From Acidobacteriota bacterium (GTDB taxonomy: Bacteria; Acidobacteriota; Vicinamibacteria; Fen-336), in contig QHVJ01000150.1 in assembly GCA_003222275.1 (NCBI GenBank), positions 10,518-74,517 on the forward strand: a stretch of 64,000 nucleotides of DNA, written 5' to 3'. A program made the translations under genes and the position numbers. This document shows, piece by piece, positions 27,838 to 37,885 of this stretch. The notes below the pieces were generated by a model. It ran no database searches, was not told where the DNA came from, and worked only from the letters and a program-made list of their open reading frames with translations. Within the stretch, counting starts at the first letter, position 1; every line of letters begins with the position of its first letter.

Positions 27838-28953
27838 TTGAACGACGCGCTGAGATCCGCTGTTCGCCTGGCCACGCTCGCCGGGGCCATCGCCCTCGCC
27901 GCCCCCGCGTTCGGCCAGGTCACGCCCGCCGCGGGCGGCACCCCCCCCGACGACACCCCGAGCGTGCGGGTGGGGACGACGATCTTCACCGACTACACGT
28001 ACACGGACCAGCCGACCGCGAAGGATGCCGACGGGAACGTCATCCACCCGAACGCATTCAACGTCGGGCGCGCCTACATCAACGTCACCGGCAACCTCTC
28101 GCACCTGGTCGCGTTCCGCGTCACGCCCGACGTCACCCGGGAGAGCGGGACCGGCAGCAGCCTGTCGGGCAGCCTGACCTTCCGGCTCAAATACGCCTTC
28201 GGCCAGCTCAACTTCGACGACTGGCTCACCCACGGGTCGTGGATCCGCATCGGGGTGCAGCAGACGCCCTACGTCGATTTCATGGAGGGCATCTACCGCT
28301 ACCGCTTCCAGGGCACGATCTTCGCGGAGCGGGAAGGCTTCCTCTCCTCGTCCGACTTCGGCATCTCCGGTCACTACAACCTGCCCGGCAACTACGGCGA
28401 CATCCACGCCGGCGTCTACAACGGCGACACCTACAGCCGCGCGGAGCCGAACGACCAGAAGGCCTTTCAGGTGCGGGGCACGCTGAGGCCGCTGCCGCTG
28501 GGGGGGTTCTGGAAGGGACTGCGCCTGTCGGCCTTCTACGACGCGGACCACTACGTCAAGAGCGGGGCCCGCAACCGGTTCATCGGGACGGCCACGTTCG
28601 AGCACGCGCACCTCAACGCCGGGGTCGATTACCTGGCGGCGAAGGACCGGACCGCCGTCACCGCCGCGGAGGTCAAGAGCGACGGCTGGTCCGTGTGGGC
28701 GGTTCCCAGGCTCGTGGCCCTGGCCGAGAGCAAGTCCGGGTTCGAAGGCCTCTTCCGCTACGACTCGCTCCGGCCCAACAAGACCGTCGATGCGCGCCGC
28801 CATCGCCTGATCGTGGGCCTGGCCTACTGGTTCCCGCTGCTGCGGGGACCGTCGGCGGCGCTGCTCCTGGACATGGACCGCGACACCTATGACAAGGCGT
28901 TCAACCGGCCAAACGGGCGGCGCTACTCGCTGCATGCGCTCTTCAACTTCTGA
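27838..28953 (+). CDS. Outer-membrane beta-barrel porin, putatively phosphate-selective (OprO/P-like)
   Basis: TTG start with RBS GAGGAGG. Signal peptide; alternating beta-strand pattern; C-terminal ...ALFNF terminal Phe. First gene of the pst operon. Confidence 0.55.
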   Translation: MNDALRSAVRLATLAGAIALAAPAFGQVTPAAGGTPPDDTPSVRVGTTIFTDYTYTDQPTAKDADGNVIHPNAFNVGRAYINVTGNLSHLVAFRVTPDVTRESGTGSSLSGSLTFRLKYAFGQLNFDDWLTHGSWIRIGVQQTPYVDFMEGIYRYRFQGTIFAEREGFLSSSDFGISGHYNLPGNYGDIHAGVYNGDTYSRAEPNDQKAFQVRGTLRPLPLGGFWKGLRLSAFYDADHYVKSGARNRFIGTATFEHAHLNAGVDYLAAKDRTAVTAAEVKSDGWSVWAVPRLVALAESKSGFEGLFRYDSLRPNKTVDARRHRLIVGLAYWFPLLRGPSAALLLDMDRDTYDKAFNRPNGRRYSLHALFNF

Positions 28954-28986
28954 GCGTGAGCACGCTCCTTTCCGAGAGGTAGACCG

Positions 28987-30009
28987 ATGAGAGCTCGAGA
29001 CGCGGCCGTCGCCCTGGCCCTCGCCGCCGCCGCGGCCGTGCCCGCGGCCGCCCAGAACCTGCAGATCAACGGGGCGGGCGCGACGTTCCCGTATCCGATC
29101 TATTCCAAGTGGTTCTCCGAGTACAACAAGCTGCACCCGACGATCCAGATCAACTACCAGTCGATCGGGTCCGGCGGGGGCATCCGGCAGCTCACCAACC
29201 AGACGGTGTTCTTCGGGGCCAGTGACGGCCCGATGACCGCCGATCAGATCCAGGCGGCGGGGGCCCGAATCCTGCACTTGCCGGCCGTGCTGGGCGGCGT
29301 GGTTCCCGTCTATAACATCCCCGACCTTTCCGGCGAGCTCCGTTTCAGCGGGCCGCTCCTGGCCGACGTCTTCCTGGGCAAGGTCACCAGGTGGAACGAT
29401 CCGGCCATCGCCCGCGAGAACCCCGGAGTGACGCTTCCGGGGAGCGACATCACGGTCGTGCACCGGTCGGACGGATCCGGCACCACGTACATCTGGGTCG
29501 ATTACCTCGCGAAGGTGTCGCCGGAGTGGAAGCAGAGGGTCGGGGTCGCGACCTCCGTCAACTGGCCGGTGGGAGTGGGCGGCAAGGGCAACGAGGGCGT
29601 GGCGGGCCTCGTCAAGCAGACACCCGGATCCATCGGCTACGTCGAGCTGATCTACGCCCTGCAGAACAAGATCGCATATGGCGCGGTCAGGAACATGGAC
29701 GGCAATTACGTGAAGGCGTCGCTCGACACGATCACCCAGGCCGCGGCCGCCACTGAAGGAAAGATGCCGGCCGACTTCCGGGTCTCCATCACCAACGCAC
29801 CCGGCAAGAACGCGTATCCGATCGCTTCTTTCACCTGGCTGCTCTTCTACGAGTCGCCGAAGGACAAGGATCGGGCGCGGGCGATGGTGGACTTCATGAA
29901 ATGGGCGCTCGGCGACGGCCAGAAATACGCCGCGGATCTGGGCTATGCCCCGCTGCCCGCCAGTGTGGTGAAGCTGGAGCTGGCCGCGCTCAGCCGGATC
30001 AAGATTTAA
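28987..30009 (+). CDS. pstS: Phosphate ABC transporter substrate-binding protein PstS
   Basis: GAGATFPYPIYSKWF...SIGSGGG...HRSDGSGTT PstS motifs; signal peptide. Confidence 0.9.
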   Translation: MRARDAAVALALAAAAAVPAAAQNLQINGAGATFPYPIYSKWFSEYNKLHPTIQINYQSIGSGGGIRQLTNQTVFFGASDGPMTADQIQAAGARILHLPAVLGGVVPVYNIPDLSGELRFSGPLLADVFLGKVTRWNDPAIARENPGVTLPGSDITVVHRSDGSGTTYIWVDYLAKVSPEWKQRVGVATSVNWPVGVGGKGNEGVAGLVKQTPGSIGYVELIYALQNKIAYGAVRNMDGNYVKASLDTITQAAAATEGKMPADFRVSITNAPGKNAYPIASFTWLLFYESPKDKDRARAMVDFMKWALGDGQKYAADLGYAPLPASVVKLELAALSRIKI

Positions 30010-30081
30010 CGCAGCGTTAACCGGGGCGCAATGCGTCGTTTACCTCGGCGGCCTATTGTTGGGTGATCCCAGGAGACGCCA

Positions 30082-31164
30082 ATGACTCGCTCCCTCCGTC
30101 GTCTCGTCGTCCTCTGGGCCGGCCTGGCCGCCGCCTGTTCGGGCGGCGGGGCGCCCCAACGTCAGACCTCGACGCTGCCGGCCGGCGAAGCGTCCGCCGG
30201 TCCCTCGGCCGCTCCGGGGCAGATCAACGGCGCGGGCGCCACGTTCCCGTACCCCATCTACTCGAAGTGGTTCTCGGAGTACAACAAGATCCGTCCCGAC
30301 GTCCGGATCAACTACCAGTCGATCGGCTCGGGCGGCGGCATCCGCCAGCTCACCAACCAGACGGTCTTCTTCGGCGCCACCGACGGGCCCATGACCGAAG
30401 AGCAGCTGAAGGCCGCTCCGGGCCCGATCGTCCACCTGCCCACGGTCCTGGGGGGCGTGGTGCCCGCCTACAACCTGTCCGGCCTTTCCGCCGAGCTGCG
30501 CTTCAGCGGGCCCCTCCTCGCCGACATCTTCCTGGGCAAGGTCAAGAAGTGGAACGACCCGGCCGTGGCCAGGGAAAACGCGGGCGCGAAGCTTCCCGCC
30601 ATGGACATCACCGTCGTGCATCGTTCGGACGGCTCGGGCACCACCTACATCTGGGTGGATTACCTCTCGAAGGTCTCGCCGGAGTGGAAGGACCGGGTCG
30701 GGGTGGCGACGTCGGTGAACTGGCCGGTGGGCGTGGGCGGGAAGGGCAACGAGGGCGTGGCCGGCCTCGTCAAGCAGACGCCGGGATCCATCGGCTACGT
30801 CGAGCTGATCTACGCCACCCAGAACAACATCGCCTACGGCTCGGTGAAGAACGCGGCCGGCAAGTACGTGAAGGCCTCCCTGCCCTCGGTGACGGCGGCG
30901 GCCGCCTCCAGCGTCGACACGATGCCGGCCGACTTCCGCGTCTCGATCACGAACGCTCCCGGGGAGGACGCGTATCCGATCTCGTCCTACACCTGGCTGC
31001 TCCTCTACGAGCATCCCGCGGACAAGGAACGCGCGCGCATCATCGTGGACTTCATGAAGTGGGCCCTCACGGGCGGCCAGAAGTACGCGCCCGAGCTCGG
31101 CTACGCGCCCCTGCCCGAGAAGGTCGTCGGGCGGGAGCTCGAAGCCCTCACGAAGATCGGATAG
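30082..31164 (+). CDS. pstS: Phosphate ABC transporter substrate-binding protein PstS (second paralog, lipoprotein-type signal)
   Basis: About 80% identical to the upstream PstS over the mature domain; lipobox LAAAC. Confidence 0.9.
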   Translation: MTRSLRRLVVLWAGLAAACSGGGAPQRQTSTLPAGEASAGPSAAPGQINGAGATFPYPIYSKWFSEYNKIRPDVRINYQSIGSGGGIRQLTNQTVFFGATDGPMTEEQLKAAPGPIVHLPTVLGGVVPAYNLSGLSAELRFSGPLLADIFLGKVKKWNDPAVARENAGAKLPAMDITVVHRSDGSGTTYIWVDYLSKVSPEWKDRVGVATSVNWPVGVGGKGNEGVAGLVKQTPGSIGYVELIYATQNNIAYGSVKNAAGKYVKASLPSVTAAAASSVDTMPADFRVSITNAPGEDAYPISSYTWLLLYEHPADKERARIIVDFMKWALTGGQKYAPELGYAPLPEKVVGRELEALTKIG

Positions 31165-31167
31165 CCT

Positions 31168-32112
31168 TTGTCCAAGCACGACGACAAGCTGTTCCGGCTC
31201 GTCACGGCGATCGTGGCCGCCAGCGTGCTTCTCGTCGTCGTCGGCATCGCGGCGACGCTCATCCAGGGATCCTGGCTCTCCCTGCGGCAGTTCGGCTTCA
31301 GCTTCTGGCGGACGCGCACCTGGGACCCGGTGGCCGGGCAGTTCGGCGCGCTGCCCTTCATCTGGGGCACGCTGTACTCCTCGCTCCTCGCCCTGCTCCT
31401 GTCGACGCCGGTGGCCCTCGGCATCGCGGTCTTCCTCGCCGAGCTGAGCCCGCGTCTCCTGCGCCAGCCGCTCATCTTCCTCACGGAGCTGCTGGCCGCC
31501 ATCCCGTCGATCGTCTATGGGCTGTGGGGCATCTTCGTGCTCGTTCCCGTGGTGCGCAGCCTGGAGGCCGCGACCCCGGAGTGGCTCCGGCGCGTGCCGC
31601 TCTTCTCGGGACCTCCGCTCGGGGTGGGGATGCTCGCGGCCGCCCTGATCCTCGCGGTCATGATCACCCCGTTCTCCGCCGCGGTGGCCCGCGAGATCCT
31701 CCGCGCGGTTCCCACCTCCCAGCGCGAGGCGGCCTACGCGCTGGGTGCCACCCGGTGGGAGGCCATCCGCCTCGCGCTCTACTACGGCCGGACCGGGATC
31801 ATCGGGGCGGTGATGCTCGGGCTGGGCCGCGCGCTGGGGGAGACCATCGCCGTGACCATGGTCATCGGAAACAACCCGCAGGTCTCGGCCTCGCTCTTCG
31901 CTCCGCAGTACACGATGGCGGCGGTCATCGCCAACGAGTTCACGGAAGCCGCCGACGACCTCTACCTCCACGCCCTGGTCGAGATCGGGTTGGTGCTCTT
32001 CCTCATCACCATCGTCGTCAACGCGCTGTCCCGGCTCCTCCTGTGGCGGGTGGCGGACAAGCCGGTGGCGGTGGCGCCTTCGGCGGCGGCCCCGGTCGCC
32101 GCGGCGGCATGA
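31168..32112 (+). CDS. pstC: Phosphate ABC transporter permease PstC
   Basis: ABC permease EAA-like loop; PstC family; TTG start. Confidence 0.9.
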   Translation: MSKHDDKLFRLVTAIVAASVLLVVVGIAATLIQGSWLSLRQFGFSFWRTRTWDPVAGQFGALPFIWGTLYSSLLALLLSTPVALGIAVFLAELSPRLLRQPLIFLTELLAAIPSIVYGLWGIFVLVPVVRSLEAATPEWLRRVPLFSGPPLGVGMLAAALILAVMITPFSAAVAREILRAVPTSQREAAYALGATRWEAIRLALYYGRTGIIGAVMLGLGRALGETIAVTMVIGNNPQVSASLFAPQYTMAAVIANEFTEAADDLYLHALVEIGLVLFLITIVVNALSRLLLWRVADKPVAVAPSAAAPVAAAA

Positions 32113-32972
32113 AGACGACCGCCTACGACCTGCGCCGGCGCGCCACCTCCCGGGCGGTGGAGATCTTCTGCGCGGCCTCGGTCGTCCTGGCCCTGGTGCC
32201 GCTCGGCCTCATCCTGTTCTTCGTCGTGCGCCAGGGGCTGCCCGCCCTGCGTCCGGCTTTCTTCACCCAGATGCCGAAGCCGGTGGGCGAGCCCGGGGGT
32301 GGGATGGCCAACGCGATGGTGGGCACCCTGATCCTCCTCGGCCTCGCCGCCGCGCTCGCGGTGCCCGTGGGGATCGTGAGCGGCGTGTTCCTCTCCGAGT
32401 ACAAGGGCAGCCGCATCGGCTCCGCCGTCCGCTTCGCCGCCGACGTTCTCAACGGCGTGCCCTCCATCGTCATCGGGATCTTTGCGTACACCGTGGCCGT
32501 GCTCCCGTTCCAGCGCTTCACCGCGCTGGCGGGAGGCCTGGCCCTGGGAGTCATGATGCTGCCCCTCATCGTGCGCACGACCGAGGAGCTGCTGCGCCTG
32601 GTGCCGGAATCCTTCCGGGAAGGGGCGCTCGCCCTCGGCGCCACCCGCTCCCGGGCGGTCTGGACGGTGATCCTGCCCGCCGCCCTGCCCGGCATCCTCA
32701 CCGGTGTCCTGGTGGCCCTGGCCCGGGTGGCGGGGGAGACGGCGCCGCTGCTCTTCACCTCGCTCAACAACCGTTTCTGGTCGACGCGCCTCGACCAGCC
32801 GATCGCCTCCCTGACGGTGCAGGTCTACACCTACGCCAACTCCCCCTACGACGACTGGCACCGCCAGGCCTGGGCGGGAGCGACGGTGCTCATCGCCTCC
32901 GTCCTGACTTTCTCCCTGCTCGCCCGGTTCGTCACCCGGCGCCTGGAGCGAATGCATCGAGGGACCGTATGA
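32109..32972 (+). CDS. pstA: Phosphate ABC transporter permease PstA
   Basis: ATGA overlap with pstC; PstA family TM pattern. The 30063..32972 ORF upstream of 32109 is alternate-frame noise over pstS/pstC. Confidence 0.9.
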   Translation: MKTTAYDLRRRATSRAVEIFCAASVVLALVPLGLILFFVVRQGLPALRPAFFTQMPKPVGEPGGGMANAMVGTLILLGLAAALAVPVGIVSGVFLSEYKGSRIGSAVRFAADVLNGVPSIVIGIFAYTVAVLPFQRFTALAGGLALGVMMLPLIVRTTEELLRLVPESFREGALALGATRSRAVWTVILPAALPGILTGVLVALARVAGETAPLLFTSLNNRFWSTRLDQPIASLTVQVYTYANSPYDDWHRQAWAGATVLIASVLTFSLLARFVTRRLERMHRGTV

Positions 32973-33808
32973 GCCGCGACGTCGAGACGCCCGCCGATCC
33001 CGGCATCCGGATCCGGACCGAGGTGCGGGCGTCGGAGGCGCCGCGGGCGGCGGCCAGCACCGCCATCACGCTCCAGGGGGTCAACTTCAGCTACGGGCCG
33101 AACCAGGTCCTGCACGACGTCTCCCTGGACGTGGACGAGAAGCGCGTGACCGCCTTCATCGGGCCGTCGGGGTGCGGGAAGTCCACGCTACTGCGCTGCC
33201 TCAACCGCATGAACGACCTCATCGAGAGCGCCCGCCTCGCGGGCAGCGTACGGGTGAAGGGCCAGGACATCTACGCCCCCGGCACCGACGTCATCGCCGT
33301 CCGGCGGCGGATCGGGATGGTGTTCCAGAAGTCCAACCCCTTCCCGAAGTCGATCTTCGACAACGTGGTCTATGGGCTCCGCATCAGCGGGGTCCACGAC
33401 CGCCCGACGCTGGAGGCGGCCGTCGAGAAGAGCCTCACGCTGGCCGCGCTGTGGGACGAGGTGAAGGACCGGCTGCACCAGAGCGCGCTGTCGCTGTCGG
33501 GCGGCCAGCAGCAGCGGCTCTGCATCGCGCGCGCCATCGCGGTCGAGCCGGAGATCCTCCTCATGGACGAGCCCTGCTCGGCCCTCGACCCCATCGCCAC
33601 CCTCAAGATCGAGGAGCTGATCTACTCGCTCAAGGAGCGCTACACGATCGTGATCGTCACCCACAACCTGCAGCAGGCGGCGCGCGTCTCGGACAAGACC
33701 GCCTTCTTCTGGCTGGGACGGCTGGTCGAGTACGGCCCGACCGTCGACCTCTTCACCAACCCGAAGGAGAAGCTGACCGAGGACTACATAACTGGCCGAT
33801 TCGGCTAG
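32969..33808 (+). CDS. pstB: Phosphate ABC transporter ATP-binding protein PstB
   Basis: Walker [10 protein letters not shown]; LSGGQQQRL signature; Walker B LLMDEP. Confidence 0.9.
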   Translation: MSRDVETPADPGIRIRTEVRASEAPRAAASTAITLQGVNFSYGPNQVLHDVSLDVDEKRVTAFIGPSGCGKSTLLRCLNRMNDLIESARLAGSVRVKGQDIYAPGTDVIAVRRRIGMVFQKSNPFPKSIFDNVVYGLRISGVHDRPTLEAAVEKSLTLAALWDEVKDRLHQSALSLSGGQQQRLCIARAIAVEPEILLMDEPCSALDPIATLKIEELIYSLKERYTIVIVTHNLQQAARVSDKTAFFWLGRLVEYGPTVDLFTNPKEKLTEDYITGRFG

Positions 33809-33818
33809 AGGAGTGAAT

Positions 33819-33873
33819 GGCAGCACTCAGCAGTCAGCACTCAGCAAATGCTGAACGCTGATCGCTGAGCGCT
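33819..33873. repeat. Heptad-periodic palindromic repeat element (CAGCANT x4 / GCTGANC x4 arms), copy A
   Basis: Intergenic between pstB and phoU. The left arm is tandem 7-mers and the right arm is their inverted complement; the same architecture recurs at 38791..38877. Confidence 0.5.
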
Positions 33874-33889
33874 ACCGAACGAGGAAGAC

Positions 33890-34600
33890 ATGGAGGAACG
33901 TCGAGCGAGCGACCAGCGCCGCCATTTCGAGCGGCATCATTTCGAGGAGGAGCTGCAGGCGCTCAAGAACCGCCTGCTGAACATGGGCGCCCTCGTCGAA
34001 GAACGGGTGCACGACGCCACCCATGCCCTCATCGAGCGCCGGCTGGATACGGCGGAACGCATCATCGGCTCGGACCAGGACGTCAACGACCTGCAGATCG
34101 AGATCGACGAGCGGTGCCTGCGCCTGCTCGCCCTCCAGCAGCCCATGGCCTCCGACCTCCGGCTGATCACCGCGGCCATGAAGATCAACGCCGACCTCGA
34201 GCGGATCGGCGACCAGGCCGTGAACATCGCCGAGCAAGCGGTGCGCATCCTGGCCCACCCGCCGCTCAAGCCCATCATCGACCTCCCGCGCATGGCCGAG
34301 ATCTCCGAGCGGATGACCCGCGAGAGCCTCGACGCCTTCGTGCGCAAGGACGCCAAGCTGGCCCGCGCCATCCTGGCCCGCGACGACGAGGTGGACCAGC
34401 TCAAGGACCAGGTGTTCCGGGTGCTGCTCACCTACATGATGGCCGACCCCGGCACCATCGAGCGGGCCCTCGGCCTCATCCTGATCAGCCGGCACCTGGA
34501 GCGCATCGCCGACCATGCCACCAACATCGCCGAGGACGTGATCTTCGTGGTGGAGGCCAAGGACGTCCGGCATCACCACGAGGAGAGGCCGGGCTCGTGA
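33890..34600 (+). CDS. phoU: Phosphate signalling complex protein PhoU
   Basis: Two PhoU repeats with (D/E)xxxD motifs (ADLERIGDQAVNIAE, LERIADHATNIAE). Confidence 0.9.
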   Translation: MEERRASDQRRHFERHHFEEELQALKNRLLNMGALVEERVHDATHALIERRLDTAERIIGSDQDVNDLQIEIDERCLRLLALQQPMASDLRLITAAMKINADLERIGDQAVNIAEQAVRILAHPPLKPIIDLPRMAEISERMTRESLDAFVRKDAKLARAILARDDEVDQLKDQVFRVLLTYMMADPGTIERALGLILISRHLERIADHATNIAEDVIFVVEAKDVRHHHEERPGS

Positions 34601-35346
34601 AGGCCGGAGGAGCCGGCCGGGCCGACGCCCCGCCCCCGCCCGCCGACGCTCGCCGCCGCGTCCTGCTGATCGAGGACGACCGCGACATCGCGGAGGCCAT
34701 CGCATACCAGCTCGACAAGGCCGGACTGCAGGTCCGACGGGCCTTCACCGGCGAAGAGGGCCTGGAGGCCTCCCGCCGGGGAGTGGACCTGGTGCTCCTG
34801 GACCTCAACCTGCCGAGCATGGACGGGCTCGAGGTCTGCCGGATGATCCGGCGGCAGGCCGCCACCGCCCACGTGCCCATCATCATCGTCTCCGCCCGCA
34901 GCGACGAGGTGGACCGGGTGCTGGGCCTGGAGATGGGCGCGGACGACTACATGGTCAAGCCATTCAGCCTCAAGGAGCTGGCGGCCCGGTGCCGCGCGGC
35001 GTTGCGCCGGTCGGAGACGGCGTCCGGTCCCGCGGCGGCGTACGTGGACGACAACTTCGAGGTGGAGTTCGACGCCTATCTCGTGCGTTATCGCGGGCAG
35101 GAGGTGCGCCTCACCCCCAAGGAGTTCGAGCTGTTCCGCTACATGGTCGAGCGGCCGGGGCGCGTCGTCACCCGCGAGCGAGTGCTCGAGCACGTCTGGG
35201 GCTACGACACCGACATCGAGACGCGGAGCATCGACGCCCACATCCGGCGGCTGCGCATGAAGCTGGGCCCCGCCCGCGACCATGTCGAGACGATCGTGGG
35301 CCTGGGCTACCGCTTCGTTCCCAATCCCCACCCGCCTTCGTCCTGA
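34597..35346 (+). CDS. phoB: OmpR/PhoB-family response regulator (PhoB-like)
   Basis: GTG start overlapping the phoU stop. Receiver domain (LLIEDD...D...LVLLDLNLP...K) and winged-helix trans_reg_C (GLGYRF). Confidence 0.8.
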   Translation: MKAGGAGRADAPPPPADARRRVLLIEDDRDIAEAIAYQLDKAGLQVRRAFTGEEGLEASRRGVDLVLLDLNLPSMDGLEVCRMIRRQAATAHVPIIIVSARSDEVDRVLGLEMGADDYMVKPFSLKELAARCRAALRRSETASGPAAAYVDDNFEVEFDAYLVRYRGQEVRLTPKEFELFRYMVERPGRVVTRERVLEHVWGYDTDIETRSIDAHIRRLRMKLGPARDHVETIVGLGYRFVPNPHPPSS

Positions 35347-35353
35347 ACGCCGT

Positions 35354-37141
35354 TCACGCCGTCCGGCCCGCGCGCCCCGGCGGCACCGTCACCGTGAAGC
35401 GCGTGCCGCGGCCCGGCTGGCTTTCGACGCTCACCGTCGCGCCCATGCCTTCGGCCAGGTGCTTGGCGATGGAGAGCCCGAGGCCCGTGCCCCCCAGCTC
35501 GCGGCGGCGGGCCTTGTCGACGCGGTAGAAGCGCTCGAAGATGCGGGGGAGATGCTCGGGAGGGATGCCGGGCCCGTCGTCCGCCACGACCACCTCCGCC
35601 CCGCCATCGGCCGCGCGCCTGGTCGTGATCTCGATCCGGCCGCCAGCCGGCGTGTACTTCACCGCGTTCTCCACGAGGTTCTCCAGGATCTGCCGCAGGC
35701 GGTCGGCGTCGCTCACCACCGTCGGCGCGCCGTGGTCCGCGCGGTGGAGGGCGACCCGCTTCCGCTCGGCCGCACCGGCGAGGGAGGCCGCCACGTCTTC
35801 GGCCACCTCGGCGGGGGCCACCGGCTCCCAGCTGGGGGCGCGCTCCCCGGATTCCAGGCGCGACAGCTCGAGCAGGTCCGAGACGAGCCCCGCCATGCGG
35901 TCGGCGTGCAGGCGGATCTTCTCCAGGAACCGGCGCCCGGTCGCCGGCTCCTCCATCGCCCCGTCTTCCAGCGCCTCCACGAAGCCACGGATGGAGGTGA
36001 GCGGCGTGCGCAGCTCGTGCGAGGCGTTGGCCACGAAGTCGCGCCGTACGCGCTCCACGCGGTGGCGCTCGGTCACGTCGTGGAAGGTGAGCACGGCGCC
36101 CGGCGGCTGGCCTTCGGGGCCCGGGAACGGCACCCCGATGACCGCGTACGTGCGGCCCCCGCGGAGCATCTCCACCTCGTCCACGCGGCGGGCGCCCGCG
36201 CGCAGCACCTCTTCGATCAGCTCGCCCACCTCGCGCTGCCGGACGACCTCGAGGTAGTGCCGCCCCACCGGCTCGTGCAACCCTAGGCTGGCGCGCAGCG
36301 CCTGGTTGGCGAGGAGCACGGCGCCGCGGTGGTCCACCGCGATGACGCCGTCCTCCATCGCCGAGAGCATCGCGTCGATGCGCGCGCGGTCGCGCGCGAT
36401 CTCGGTGATCCGCTGCTGAAGCTGGTCGGCGGAGCGGTTGAGGATCCGGGCCAGCTCGCCGATCTCGTCGGAGCGGCGCACGGGGCTGCGGGCCGCGAGG
36501 TCGCCGGTAGCGAAGCGGCGCGCGGCGTCCATCACCTCGGCCAGGGGGCCCGCGAGCGACGAGGAGAAGGCCGCCGACAGGAGGGCGATCAGCGCGAACG
36601 CCACCGCGAGGGCGACGGTGACCGCGCGCTGCAGGTCGTCGATCTGCCCCTCCACGCCGGCCAGCGACAGCGCCACCCGGGAGACGCCGACGAGCCGTTC
36701 CTGGGAGCGGATGGCCACCGCGGCGTAGAGCAGGTCGTCGCCGACGGTCGTGCTGTGGCGGACGGAGCTGCCCGCGCCGGAAACGAGGGCCCCCTGCACC
36801 TCCGGCCGGTTACGGTGGTTCTCGACCGCGCGCAGCGCCTCGCCGGAAAGAGCGGAGTCCGCGATCACCGTCCCGTCGGGAGCGATGATGGTCACGCGGG
36901 CCCCGACCTCCCGGGCCGCCTCGTCGACGAGCGCGTCGATCTCGCCGGACGGGCGCCCCTCCGCGAGCGGCTGCGCCACGACCCGCGCCATCAGGCGCGC
37001 CTCCGCGAACAGCGTCGCCCGCACCTGCTCGACCGCCCGCCGGTGCAGGTCCGGCCCCTCGAGCGCGAGCACGACCACGAGCGCCGTCGCCGTCGCCGCG
37101 ACCGCGGTCACCGTCATGCGGCCCCGGAGCCCCAGGGTCAT
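35354..37141 (-). CDS. phoR: Sensor histidine kinase, PhoR-like (TM, HAMP, PAS, HisKA, HATPase)
   Basis: Start MTLGLRGRMTV at an ATGA overlap with the upstream response regulator. H-box ANASHELRTPL; G-boxes DDGPGIP and GGTGLGLSIA. Confidence 0.8.
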   Translation of the reverse strand: MTLGLRGRMTVTAVAATATALVVVLALEGPDLHRRAVEQVRATLFAEARLMARVVAQPLAEGRPSGEIDALVDEAAREVGARVTIIAPDGTVIADSALSGEALRAVENHRNRPEVQGALVSGAGSSVRHSTTVGDDLLYAAVAIRSQERLVGVSRVALSLAGVEGQIDDLQRAVTVALAVAFALIALLSAAFSSSLAGPLAEVMDAARRFATGDLAARSPVRRSDEIGELARILNRSADQLQQRITEIARDRARIDAMLSAMEDGVIAVDHRGAVLLANQALRASLGLHEPVGRHYLEVVRQREVGELIEEVLRAGARRVDEVEMLRGGRTYAVIGVPFPGPEGQPPGAVLTFHDVTERHRVERVRRDFVANASHELRTPLTSIRGFVEALEDGAMEEPATGRRFLEKIRLHADRMAGLVSDLLELSRLESGERAPSWEPVAPAEVAEDVAASLAGAAERKRVALHRADHGAPTVVSDADRLRQILENLVENAVKYTPAGGRIEITTRRAADGGAEVVVADDGPGIPPEHLPRIFERFYRVDKARRRELGGTGLGLSIAKHLAEGMGATVSVESQPGRGTRFTVTVPPGRAGRTA

Positions 37142-37827
37142 TGCGGCTCGTCGCTCAGCCGGTAGCCCAGCGTCTTCACGGTGAGGATCGACGGCGCGAG
37201 CTCGGGGATCTTCTCCCGCAGCCGGCGCACGTGCACGTCCACGGTGCGCGTGCCTTCCGCGTAGGAGTAGCCCCACACCTCCTCGAGGAGGGACTGCCGC
37301 GAGAGCACGCGCCCCCGCGCCTCGACGAGCGCCACCAGCAGCGCGAACTCCTTGGCGGTCAGGCGCACGGGACGGTCGGCCCACTTCACGGTGTGGCGGG
37401 CGTGATCGACGTGAAGGGCGCCGAAGGTGAGCGGCTCGTCGGAAGCGGGCTTGCGGTCCAGCCGGCGGAAGAGCGCGCGCACGCGCGCCACCAGCTCCTT
37501 GGGGCTGAAGGGCTTCACCACGTAGTCGTCCGCGCCCATCTCGAGCCCCACGATGCGGTCCGCCTCGTCACCGCGGGCGGTGAGCATCACCACCGGCAGG
37601 TCGCGGGTGGCCGCCTCCCGCCGCAGCTCGGCGCACAGGGTCAGCCCGTCGATCCCCGGCAGCTGCAGGTCGAGGATCACGAGCTGATAGCCCCCGGAGC
37701 GGGCGCGGTCGAGGGCGCGGCGGCCGTCGGCGAGGGCGTCCACCGCCCAGCCGTCCGCGGACAGGTAGTGCACGAGCAGCTCGACGATGTCGGGGTCGTC
37801 CTCGACGACGAGAGCGCGGCGGGACAT
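37138..37827 (-). CDS. OmpR-family response regulator (partner of the kinase)
   Basis: Receiver domain plus trans_reg_C winged helix; 229 aa. Confidence 0.85.
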   Translation of the reverse strand: MSRRALVVEDDPDIVELLVHYLSADGWAVDALADGRRALDRARSGGYQLVILDLQLPGIDGLTLCAELRREAATRDLPVVMLTARGDEADRIVGLEMGADDYVVKPFSPKELVARVRALFRRLDRKPASDEPLTFGALHVDHARHTVKWADRPVRLTAKEFALLVALVEARGRVLSRQSLLEEVWGYSYAEGTRTVDVHVRRLREKIPELAPSILTVKTLGYRLSDEPQ

Positions 37828-37885
37828 GCCGCATCATTCTACGCGTCGGGGGGTGGACGTCCCTCGCGCCGCCGACGTATAAAGT

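Noticed and set aside
30010-30081. GTTAACC ... GTTTACC 22 bp apart upstream of the second pstS as an internal Pho box
   Set aside because: The half-sites do not match the CCGTCAC boxes found upstream of the porin, and the spacing is two helical turns rather than one; insufficient support.
30040-32972. 643-aa (-) ORF and the 5' part of the 969-aa (+) ORF spanning the pst region
   Set aside because: The real genes are pstS, pstS, pstC and pstA in other frames. Only the last 287 codons of the 969-aa ORF (from the ATG at 32109) are PstA.
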